DNA of 32,000 nt from an uncultured Methanosarcinales archaeon (GTDB lineage Archaea > Nanobdellota > Nanobdellia > Woesearchaeales > JAHJBD01). The notes below the pieces were generated by a model. The model was not told the origin of the DNA. It did no database searches and worked only from the letters and a program-made list of their open reading frames with translations. The position numbers and the translations under genes were made by a program. Below are positions 7,793 through 15,774 of this stretch, in pieces. Numbering within the stretch: position 1 is the stretch's first letter; each line of letters opens with the position of its first letter. The stretch spans positions 1-32,000 of the forward strand of contig CAZHRT010000010.1 of assembly GCA_964534665.1 (NCBI GenBank), given 5' to 3'.

Positions 7793-9668
7793 GATCCATT
7801 AATTCTCTCCTGCCAGACATTACCCATTCATTTGATTGTTGTTTAACAGGTTTTTTCTCGCCTAAATATTTAGTTACTGCAGTTGAGACTATAAGAAGTT
7901 TTTCTTTCTTAGTTAATTTTTTCTTAGTGCTCATAAAATTCTTGACCTCGTCTAAAATATTGTTTTTATCTATGAATGCTGTGGTAACATTGCCTTTGAT
8001 GAAATTATTGTTTCTTATAACTGCTTTATGGAAAGGGATTGTTGTATCTACTCCCTCTATAACATATTCATCTAATGCTCTTCGCATTCTAGATATTGCT
8101 TCCAATCTAGTTTTACCTCTACACATTAATTTAGATATCATTGAATCATAATGAGGGGAAATTATGTGGCCTGTATGTGAAGAAGAACAAATTCTTATAC
8201 CAGGGCCGCCAGGTGCGAGATAGTTAGTGATTGTTCCATTGGAAGGAACAAACTCTATAGGGGATTCTGCATTAATCCTACATTCGATTGCCCAACCATC
8301 AATTTTTATATCTTCTTGTTTAAATGCTAGTTTTGCTCCTGCAGCAATCTTTATTTGTTCTTTAATAAGATCAACACCTGTAATTAATTCGGTAACGCCA
8401 TGTTCAACTTGAATACGAGTATTCATTTCCATAAAATAGAATTTTTGATTTTTATCTAAAAGGAATTCAACTGTTCCTGCACCCTCATAACCTACAACTT
8501 CTCCAGCCTTGATTGCAATTTTACCCATCTCTTCACGCATGTTTGGTGTGATTGCTGGTGAAGGTGCCTCTTCTACTAGTTTTTGATGTCTTCTTTGTAT
8601 GCTACAGTCTCTTTCACCTAAATGGACCACATTACCGTAACGATCTGCGAGAATTTGGAACTCTATATGTTTTGGATCCTCAATAAATTTTTCCATGTAC
8701 ATTGAATCATCGCCAAAAGCAGCTCCAGCTTCTGTTTTTGCACTGTTAAATAAAGATTCTAAATCTTCTTTTTTGTATATGACTCTCATACCACGTCCGC
8801 CGCCGCCAGCTACTGCTTTAATAATAATGGGATACCCTATATTGTCTGCTAATTCCCTAGCATGTTCTGGTGTTTTTAGAAGGTCTTTTACACCTTCAAT
8901 AACTGGAACTTTTGCTTTTATCATAGTTGAACGGGCCTTACTCTTGTTCCCCATTAATTCCATTGCACGTGAAGAAGGGCCAATAAACTTAATCTTATTT
9001 TCTTCACACAATTTGGCAAAATTGGCGTTTTCAGAAAGAAAACCATATCCTGGATGAATTGCGTCTGCTTTAGCTTTTTTAGCAATCTTGATAATTTTCT
9101 TAAAATCAAGATATGCGTTTGGATTGCCTATATTATAGCTTTTATCAGCAAATTTTACAGCTAACCCATCTTTGTCTGGTTTTGAATAAATAACAGTAGT
9201 ATGAATCTTTAGTTCTTTACATGCACGAATAATCCTTAATGCAATTTCACCACGATTCGCAATTAAAACGTTCTTAAATGGCTTTTTATTTCCTAATTTA
9301 GTATAATCTCTTTCTTTAATCATATCAGGACTTAATCCTTTGGTTAACATATCAATGAATGATTTTGAAGAGTCTTCTTCAACAATCTTTTGAATTTTAT
9401 TAGAATCAAGATTTGGTAGTTTATCCATAACATTTTTTGTGATTAGGTTTGTAAAATCATCAATATTTGTTGAATTTGGTAAATGGTCTTCTTTTTCAAG
9501 ACTAATAAGGTGGGATTTAACAAGAGATTCAACTTTCTCATAAATATATGGCATTGAATCTTTAGTTGTTTTCATTAACTTTCTAACTAATTTTGCCCCT
9601 TTAGGTAAAGGTGAAAGTAGATGATTCAGAATCTTCTCAGTACGCCTTTTTTTCCTTCTTCTTGCCAT
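7779..9668 (-). CDS. accC: Biotin carboxylase (ATP-grasp) subunit with an unusual ~140-aa N-terminal extension
   Basis: 629 aa. The core starts near residue 141 (FKNVLIANRGEIALRIIRACKEL) and includes YPIIIKAVAGGGGRGMRV, EMNTRIQVEH and RINAE. The extension begins MARRRKKRRTEK, and there is also a ~60-aa C-terminal tail. Confidence 0.9.
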   Translation of the reverse strand: MARRRKKRRTEKILNHLLSPLPKGAKLVRKLMKTTKDSMPYIYEKVESLVKSHLISLEKEDHLPNSTNIDDFTNLITKNVMDKLPNLDSNKIQKIVEEDSSKSFIDMLTKGLSPDMIKERDYTKLGNKKPFKNVLIANRGEIALRIIRACKELKIHTTVIYSKPDKDGLAVKFADKSYNIGNPNAYLDFKKIIKIAKKAKADAIHPGYGFLSENANFAKLCEENKIKFIGPSSRAMELMGNKSKARSTMIKAKVPVIEGVKDLLKTPEHARELADNIGYPIIIKAVAGGGGRGMRVIYKKEDLESLFNSAKTEAGAAFGDDSMYMEKFIEDPKHIEFQILADRYGNVVHLGERDCSIQRRHQKLVEEAPSPAITPNMREEMGKIAIKAGEVVGYEGAGTVEFLLDKNQKFYFMEMNTRIQVEHGVTELITGVDLIKEQIKIAAGAKLAFKQEDIKIDGWAIECRINAESPIEFVPSNGTITNYLAPGGPGIRICSSSHTGHIISPHYDSMISKLMCRGKTRLEAISRMRRALDEYVIEGVDTTIPFHKAVIRNNNFIKGNVTTAFIDKNNILDEVKNFMSTKKKLTKKEKLLIVSTAVTKYLGEKKPVKQQSNEWVMSGRRELMDHDNF

Positions 9669-9812
9669 ATATGCTAGTGCTCATTTTGCTTTTTTAAAGC
9701 TTTTTATTATTGTCATGATATATAGAAATGTTTTTAAATGAACAACCCTTTTTCTTGCCTATAAAAGGGTGTTATATAAGCTTAAATATTAGGAGTTTTA
9801 GGAGGACAAAAA
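9669..9812. promoter_or_regulatory. Divergent promoter region between accC-birA and the fabZ-thiolase operon, containing an 8-bp inverted repeat next to a TATA-like box
   Basis: ACCCTTTT (9745-9752) pairs with AAAAGGGT (9763-9770) across a 10-nt spacer. TTATATAAG (9772-9780) follows immediately, about 33 nt before the fabZ ATG. A GGAGG motif (9800-9804) lies 8 nt upstream of that ATG. Confidence 0.45.
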
Positions 9813-10313
9813 ATGAAAACAATAGACGAACTTAAGAATGAAAAAGGAGAATTAGATATGAATGCGATTAAGCAGATTATTCCATATGAACATCCATTTT
9901 TAATGATTGATAAAGTAATTAGTGTTGATAAAAATAAGATAGTGGCAATAAAGAATGTTTCAGCTTCTGATGAATTCTTAAAAGGTCATTTTGCTGGATT
10001 TCCCATTATGCCGGGTGCATTAATGGTAGAAGGTATGGGGCAAGCAGCTACTTTGCTTATTAGATATAATCTTGAAGAACATTTCAAGAAAGATGTTCTA
10101 GCATTTAAAATAAAAGATGCTAAATTCACTGCACCAGCTTTTGCAGGTGATCAACTAGAGTATGAAGTTGTATTAATGGGCCAAGACGAAAGAGGTGCTT
10201 TAGTACAAGCTAAAGCTAAGAAAGAAGGAAATGTAATAGCTGAAGCTGGAATGATGCTTGCTGTTGTTGACAAAAAAGAATTTAGATCTCAACATAGTCC
10301 TGTTTATAAGTGA
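9813..10313 (+). CDS. fabZ: FabZ-like (R)-3-hydroxyacyl-thioester dehydratase (hotdog fold)
   Basis: 166 aa. IPYEHPFLMIDKV...KNVSASDEFLKGHFAGFPIMPGALMVEGMGQAA matches the FabZ catalytic His/Glu block (lPHRyPFLlvDrv...GHFP..PimPGvl.iEa.aQ). Confidence 0.85.
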   Translation: MKTIDELKNEKGELDMNAIKQIIPYEHPFLMIDKVISVDKNKIVAIKNVSASDEFLKGHFAGFPIMPGALMVEGMGQAATLLIRYNLEEHFKKDVLAFKIKDAKFTAPAFAGDQLEYEVVLMGQDERGALVQAKAKKEGNVIAEAGMMLAVVDKKEFRSQHSPVYK

Positions 10314-10318
10314 TTTAA

Positions 10319-11443
10319 ATGTATATAAAAGGGGTTGGAATGACCCAATTTAGTCTAGAAGATAGAAGCACTCATGCCATGGCTTTTGAAGCTGTGACAG
10401 GTGCATTGAAAGATGCAGACATGTCTATAAATGATGTTGAAGCTTGTGTTGTATCAACAGTTGATACTAATGCAAATGATGAAAAACAAAGGCATTATCC
10501 TTCTGTTGTTAGTTCTTTATTTAAGAAAAGAATCCCTATAATTAGGGTGCCTGCTGTTTGTGGTGGTGGTGGTGCAGCTTTATGGACAGCAAATAGATTA
10601 GGATATGATAATGTACTTGTTTTAGGAACAGATAAGATTGCTTGTAATAAAACAGGAGTAGTAACAAAAGAAATTTTAGGTGCTGCTGAAAGAGTTTATA
10701 GTCAAGAAGAAGGATTGGTTTTTCCTGCTGAGAATGCAATTCTTGCACAACAACATATGTTAAAATTTGGAACGACAACTGATGATTTAGCAGAAGTTGC
10801 TTTTAAGAATCATGAAAATGCATTTATTAATCCAAAAGCTAATTTTTATGGGAAAAAAGTAAGTCTTGAACAAATTAAGAATTCTCCTGTTGTTTCCTCA
10901 CCGTTTAGATTATTTGATTGTAGTATTAGTGTAAATGGAGCAGCAGCTGTTGTTTTATCCAAAGACAAAACAGATGTTAATATTGCAGGATCTGGATTTG
11001 CAACTGATTACTTGATGACTTTTGAAAGAGAAAGTATGGTTGAATTAAAAGCTACTAGATTAGCAGCTGAACAAGCTTATTCACAAGCAGGGATTAATGC
11101 TTCAGAGGTTAATGTTGCTGAGGTTCATGATGCTTTTACTATCTTAGAAATAATGGCATATGAAGATTTGGGTTTTTGTAAGAAAGGTGAAGGTGCTAAT
11201 TTAATAAGAAAAGGAATTGTTAAATTAGATGGTAAGATTCCTGTTAATACTAGTGGTGGGCTTAAAGCCAGAGGACATCCAATAAGTCCAACTGGATTAG
11301 CTCAGATTTATGAAATAGTTAAACAATTAAGAGGGGACTGTGGAGATAGACAGATTAGTTCACCAAAATATGGCCTTACTGAAAATAAAGGTGGTGTTGG
11401 TGCTTCAATCAGTGTTCACGTCCTTAAGAAGGTAGGTGGTTAG
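10319..11443 (+). CDS. Thiolase-fold acyl-CoA C-acyltransferase (archaeal/SCP-x-like type), paralogue 1
   Basis: 374 aa. The candidate nucleophile Cys is in IIRVPAVCGGGGAALW. AEVHDAFT and SGGLKARGHPISPTG are also present. Confidence 0.85.
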   Translation: MYIKGVGMTQFSLEDRSTHAMAFEAVTGALKDADMSINDVEACVVSTVDTNANDEKQRHYPSVVSSLFKKRIPIIRVPAVCGGGGAALWTANRLGYDNVLVLGTDKIACNKTGVVTKEILGAAERVYSQEEGLVFPAENAILAQQHMLKFGTTTDDLAEVAFKNHENAFINPKANFYGKKVSLEQIKNSPVVSSPFRLFDCSISVNGAAAVVLSKDKTDVNIAGSGFATDYLMTFERESMVELKATRLAAEQAYSQAGINASEVNVAEVHDAFTILEIMAYEDLGFCKKGEGANLIRKGIVKLDGKIPVNTSGGLKARGHPISPTGLAQIYEIVKQLRGDCGDRQISSPKYGLTENKGGVGASISVHVLKKVGG

Positions 11444-12566
11444 AGTGATTCAAAGATGGGTATGTAAAGCGTGTAATAAAAAATGGATTTATCCAGTTGA
11501 AAAATGTATTTATTGTGATGGACAAATAAGTAAAGAAGTTGGAACAAAGTTAAAAGTAATTGGAACTACAAAAGTTGCAATATCTTCTCCAGAACATCCA
11601 ATTATTCCTTATTTTACCATGATATTAGAAGACGAAAATGGTAATAGGATGCCTAAAAAAACAATGAGAGAATATCAAATTGGTGATGAGTTTAAATGGG
11701 AGAAAAGTGATGATGAAAGTGCTGTATCAATAATCAAGATAAAATATGATTATGATTTTGCTGTTAAGCAAGCTTTAGAATTGATAAATGATATTGAAGT
11801 TGGTAGTGAATCAAAAGTTTTAATCAAACCAAACATTATGTCGGCAGCTTATGCATATTTAGCAATTACCACAAATCCAAAAGTTGTAAGAGGTGTTGTA
11901 AATTACCTTGTTGGAAAAGGTGTTAAAAAAGAAAATATTACAATTGCTGAACAAGCACAGTTTTCTGAATTTGACAAAGCAATAACAAGATCAGGATTTA
12001 AGAAATTAGCTAAAGAATTAGGTGTTAAGTTAGTAGACCTAGCTACAACTGAATTTGTCGAAAAGGAAAGTGAAGGATTTAAGTTTAAAATTTCTAACTT
12101 GATGTATGAGAACAATGTGATAATTAATGTTCCTGTTATGAAAACACATTTATTGTTAGGAGTTTCTGGAGCATTAGAAAATATGACAAGGGTTGTTTCA
12201 TCTGACAATTATAAAGAAATCGCTAAAGATCCTGTAAAGGCTTTAGAAGCAATAGGCCATCTTCACAAGGTTTTGCCAAAGTATGTAACTGTTGGTGATG
12301 CAAGTATTGGTATGCAAGGTAATGGACCATTAAATTATGGTAATCCTGCTTTTCTTGATATGATACTTGCTAGTAAAGACCCTGTTGCACTAGATAAGAT
12401 ATTCCAAGAGATTGGTATGTTACGAAAAGTGCCACTTATTGAAACAGCTGAAAAGTTAGGAATTGGTTCTGCTGATTTAAGAGAGATTCCTGTTGTTGGT
12501 GATGAGCTTGATGCTTGCCGTAGGGAATTAATGCCAGCTATTGGTTCAAAATTAATTAAGATGTAA
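11436..12566 (+). CDS. Fusion protein: DUF35-like Zn-ribbon + OB fold (thiolase partner) joined to a DUF362-like domain
   Basis: 376 aa. The N-terminus has CKACNKKWIYPVEKCIYC (C-x2-C-x11-C-x2-C) and an OB-like segment LKVIGTTKVAISSPEHPIIPYFTMILEDENGNR...IGDEF. The C-terminal ~270 aa has VLIKPNIM, PVMKTHLLLGVSGALENM and DASIGMQGNGP, resembling DUF362 as I remember it. The start is GTG at 11436 or 11445, overlapping the thiolase stop. Confidence 0.6.
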   Translation: MVRVIQRWVCKACNKKWIYPVEKCIYCDGQISKEVGTKLKVIGTTKVAISSPEHPIIPYFTMILEDENGNRMPKKTMREYQIGDEFKWEKSDDESAVSIIKIKYDYDFAVKQALELINDIEVGSESKVLIKPNIMSAAYAYLAITTNPKVVRGVVNYLVGKGVKKENITIAEQAQFSEFDKAITRSGFKKLAKELGVKLVDLATTEFVEKESEGFKFKISNLMYENNVIINVPVMKTHLLLGVSGALENMTRVVSSDNYKEIAKDPVKALEAIGHLHKVLPKYVTVGDASIGMQGNGPLNYGNPAFLDMILASKDPVALDKIFQEIGMLRKVPLIETAEKLGIGSADLREIPVVGDELDACRRELMPAIGSKLIKM

Positions 12567-12569
12567 AAT

Positions 12570-13622
12570 ATGGTTGAAAAACAATTAATGAAAGGAAACG
12601 AAGCACTAGTTCATGCAGCTATAAAAGCTGGATGTACGTTTTATGCAGGTTATCCTATAACACCACAAAATGAGATTCCTGAAACAATGTCAAAATTAAT
12701 GCCTAAAGTTGATGGGGGAGTTTTTGTACAAGCTGAAGCTGAACTTTCTGCAATTAATATGATCTTTGGTGCTAGTGCTGCAGGGGTAAGGTGTATGACC
12801 TCATCTAGCAGTCCAGGAATTGCTTTAAAGCAAGAAGGCATATCTTATATTGCTGCTGCCGAATTACCTTGTGTGATAGTTAATATGGTTCGTGGTGGGC
12901 CTGGATTAGGGAATATTAATGCTTCACAAGCAGATTATTTTCAAGCTGTTAAAGGTGGTGGACATGGAGATTACAGATTGATTGTAATAGCACCTCATAC
13001 ATTACAAGAATTATATGACCTTACAATGAATTGTTTTGATTATGCTGATTATTATAGAAATCCTGTTTTAATATTGGGGGATGGTATTCTTGCACAGATG
13101 GTTGAACCAGTTGAATTGAAAGAATATGAAAAGATTTTGGATTTACCATCTAAAGATAATTGGACCTTGACTGGTTGTAAAGGAAGGAACCCCCATGTTG
13201 TTAAGACTTTATTGTTAGAACCTAGTGATTCATTGGCTAAGCATAATGTGCATCTTAAAGAGAAATATCAAAAGATAAGTAATGAGCTTTGTTTATGTGA
13301 AGAGTATAAAACAGAAGATGCTGACATATTGATTGTTGCTTATGGTATAACTGCAAGAGTTTGCAAAGAAGCTATTGATATTGCTCGTGATAGCGGTAAA
13401 AAAGTTGGGTTGATAAGGCCAATAACTTTGTGGCCATTTCCTAAAAAAATTCTATCTAAATATAAAGGAAAAGATTTCTTAGTTGTAGAGATGAGTAATG
13501 GACAGATGATTGAAGATGTTAAATTAAATTTAGAATGTCAAGGAAGATTTGAGTTTTTAGGTTGTGGTGGTGGATGGTATCCTGATACAAAACAGATATT
13601 GGAGAAATTAAATGGAATGTAA
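12570..13622 (+). CDS. 2-oxoacid:ferredoxin oxidoreductase, alpha subunit
   Basis: 350 aa. GNEALVHAAIKAGCTFYAGYPITPQNEI and the later PGIALKQEG...VRGGPGLG are typical of Por/Kor/Vor alpha subunits. Confidence 0.85.
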   Translation: MVEKQLMKGNEALVHAAIKAGCTFYAGYPITPQNEIPETMSKLMPKVDGGVFVQAEAELSAINMIFGASAAGVRCMTSSSSPGIALKQEGISYIAAAELPCVIVNMVRGGPGLGNINASQADYFQAVKGGGHGDYRLIVIAPHTLQELYDLTMNCFDYADYYRNPVLILGDGILAQMVEPVELKEYEKILDLPSKDNWTLTGCKGRNPHVVKTLLLEPSDSLAKHNVHLKEKYQKISNELCLCEEYKTEDADILIVAYGITARVCKEAIDIARDSGKKVGLIRPITLWPFPKKILSKYKGKDFLVVEMSNGQMIEDVKLNLECQGRFEFLGCGGGWYPDTKQILEKLNGM

Positions 13623-13642
13623 CGATTATAATACATTAAAAG
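13610..13642 (+). repeat. Left copy of the duplicated korA/korB junction (relic korB start)
   Basis: AAATGGAATGTAA (13610-13622) matches AAATGAAGTGTAA (15751-15763) at 11 of 13 positions. ACATTAAAAG (13633-13642) is identical to 15765-15774. Read from the ATG at 13612, it encodes MECNDYNTLK, compared with the real KorB N-terminus MKCKTLK. Confidence 0.55.
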
Positions 13643-13649
13643 TATATAG

Positions 13650-14606
13650 GTGTATACTGTGGTAATAGCACTAGTAACTGGTGGGGCAGGATTTATTGGG
13701 AGCCATTTAGTAGAAGATTTAGTTGAGAAAGGATATCAAGTAAAAGTTATTGATAGTTTAATTAAAGGTAAAAGTGCAACAATTCAAAAGTTAATTGATC
13801 AAGGTAAAGTTGAATTTTTTGAAGGAGATATAAAAAATAGGGATAGTGTTGATAAAGCTATGAAGAATGTAGATTATGTTTTTCATACTGCAGGTACACA
13901 TATAATTAATTGTGGTAAAAGTCCGGAAGATGCAATTGAGTGTAATGTTCATGGAAGTTACAATGTGTTCAAATCTGCATTAGATAATAATGTTAAAAGG
14001 GTAATTTTTAGTTCAAGTTCAAGCATATATGGGGAACCAAAAAGTTTACCTATGTCTGAAGATAGTGAACTGAATATTGTAGAACCCTATGCTGCAAGCA
14101 AACAAATGGCTGAACATCTATTGAAATTTTTGGGAACTAAAGGATTGAAATATAATATATTAAGATATTTTAATGTTTATGGCTCAAGACAAGCTGTGCA
14201 TGCTTACTATACAACTGTCGTGATAGATTTTATTAATAAATTGATGAATGATGAATCACCAATTATTAACGGAAAAGGTGATCAAAGTCTAGACTTTACA
14301 CATGTAAGTGATGTTGTAAAAGGAAATATAGCTGCAGCTGAATCTACGGTTGAGAATGAAATATTTAATATTGGAACTGGACAAAGTACATCTATTGCTG
14401 ATCTTGCAAAAATGATTATCAAAACTTTAGGTAAAGATATTGAACCCAGATTTAGGGATAGAAAAGTTTTGGTAACAAGAAAAAAAGCTGACACAATTAA
14501 AGCTGAAAAAATACTTGGATTTAAATCTCAAGTTTCTATTGAAGAAGGTATAGCAAAAATTACTAAAGAAATTGCTGAGAATCCTGAATTATATAAAGGT
14601 AGATAA
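13650..14606 (+). CDS. NAD-dependent nucleotide-sugar epimerase/dehydratase (extended SDR)
   Basis: 318 aa with TGGAGFIGSHL and the YAASK catalytic pair. The start may instead be the GTG at 13659, in which case the GGTG spanning 13649-13652 would serve as its RBS. Confidence 0.85.
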   Translation: MYTVVIALVTGGAGFIGSHLVEDLVEKGYQVKVIDSLIKGKSATIQKLIDQGKVEFFEGDIKNRDSVDKAMKNVDYVFHTAGTHIINCGKSPEDAIECNVHGSYNVFKSALDNNVKRVIFSSSSSIYGEPKSLPMSEDSELNIVEPYAASKQMAEHLLKFLGTKGLKYNILRYFNVYGSRQAVHAYYTTVVIDFINKLMNDESPIINGKGDQSLDFTHVSDVVKGNIAAAESTVENEIFNIGTGQSTSIADLAKMIIKTLGKDIEPRFRDRKVLVTRKKADTIKAEKILGFKSQVSIEEGIAKITKEIAENPELYKGR

Positions 14607-14608
14607 GA

Positions 14609-15763
14609 ATGCTAGAAATAAATGATAAGATATGGAAAATTCCTTTATTCCAAACGTATTGGGATGAAAATGATGTTGAAGCTATTAATGAAGTAGTTAG
14701 AAGGGGGAGCTCCTGGGCAACTGGACCTGAGGTTGTCGAGTTTGAAAAAAAAATCGCTGAATTTAATGAAAGAAAATATGCTTTGGCTTTTAATTCTGGA
14801 ACAAGTGCTTTGCATGCAATGTTGCTTGCATATGATGTTAAAGGTAAAGAAGTAATTGTACCCTCATTTACTTTTATTGCTACGGCAAATGCAGTTGTAT
14901 TAGCTGGTGGAAAGCCAATTTTTGCTGAATCTGAAGATGAAACATTTGGATTAGATGCAGAAGATGTTTTATCTAGAATAAATAAAAATACTGCTGCAAT
15001 CTTAACTTTAAACTATGGTGGAGGAGTTTCAAAAGATATTGAAAAATTAAAGCAGATTGCTGATGAGAAAAACATATTATTACTAGAAGACAATGCACAT
15101 TCTTTTGGTGTAAAGAAAAATGGTAAAATGTGTGGAACATTTGGGCAAGCAGCTGCATTAAGCTTTTGTCAGAATAAACTAATAACTACTGGTGAAGGTG
15201 GTGCTGTGGTTACAGATGATGAAAAAATATTTGAAAAAATTAAGTTGATTAAAAGCCATGGAAGAATTAAAAATTCTAAAGAAGATTTTTCATCAATTAA
15301 AAATTATGGGTATGTGGAAGTGGGTTATAATTATAAGATACCTACAATGGGGGCGGCTTTAGGACTCTCACAACTTAATAAATTTGAAAAAATAATGAAT
15401 TTAAGAATTGAAGCTGGAACAAGATTAAATGATGGGATAAAAGAATTTGTTAAAGTATCTGAACCTTATGAAAATTCTGACCACTTTTTTCAAAAATATA
15501 CTATTATGCTTAATAATAATGAAACCAGAGATAAACTACAATTATTTTTAAGAGATAAAGGCATAATGAGTAAAGTTTACTATGAACCTATCCATCTAGA
15601 AAATATTTATAGAGATAATTATGGTTATAAAGAAGGGGATTTGCCTAAAACAGAAGCAATGTCTAAGAAAATCCTTACCTTGCCTATGTGGCCAGGTATT
15701 TCAAATAATGATATAGATTATATAATTAATTCAATCAAGGAGTTTTTTAAAAATGAAGTGTAA
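14609..15763 (+). CDS. DegT/DnrJ/EryC1-family PLP-dependent sugar aminotransferase
   Basis: 384 aa with NSGTSALHAMLLA, DNAHSFG and SFCQNKLITTGEGG (PLP lysine context). Its last 11 nt overlap the korB start. Confidence 0.85.
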   Translation: MLEINDKIWKIPLFQTYWDENDVEAINEVVRRGSSWATGPEVVEFEKKIAEFNERKYALAFNSGTSALHAMLLAYDVKGKEVIVPSFTFIATANAVVLAGGKPIFAESEDETFGLDAEDVLSRINKNTAAILTLNYGGGVSKDIEKLKQIADEKNILLLEDNAHSFGVKKNGKMCGTFGQAAALSFCQNKLITTGEGGAVVTDDEKIFEKIKLIKSHGRIKNSKEDFSSIKNYGYVEVGYNYKIPTMGAALGLSQLNKFEKIMNLRIEAGTRLNDGIKEFVKVSEPYENSDHFFQKYTIMLNNNETRDKLQLFLRDKGIMSKVYYEPIHLENIYRDNYGYKEGDLPKTEAMSKKILTLPMWPGISNNDIDYIINSIKEFFKNEV

Positions 15764-15774
15764 GACATTAAAAG
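15751..15774 (+). repeat. Right copy of the duplicated korA/korB junction (functional korB start)
   Basis: See the left copy at 13610-13642. The DegT C-terminus (KNEV-stop) mirrors the KorA C-terminus (LNGM-stop) at the nucleotide level. Confidence 0.55.

Noticed and set aside
8695-9057. 120-aa plus-strand ORF; also 7927-8151 and 8227-8412
   Set aside because: All are antisense to the biotin carboxylase gene. Their Pro/Ala runs mirror the Gly-rich ATP-grasp motifs.
10542-10778. 78-aa minus-strand ORF with a His run (HHHHH)
   Set aside because: The His run is simply the reverse complement of the GGTGGTGGTGGTG that encodes the Gly-rich active-site loop (VCGGGGAA) of thiolase paralogue 1.
11903-15158. 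Minus-strand ORFs 11903-12208, 12650-12841, 14282-14494 and 14973-15158; also 16127-16312
   Set aside because: Each is antisense to a plus-strand gene that has recognisable domain motifs.
13643-15750. The sugar cassette as a classical insertion sequence or integron cassette
   Set aside because: There is no transposase/integrase gene, no terminal inverted repeats and no attC-like site. Only the duplicated host junction is seen, so the mechanism is left open.
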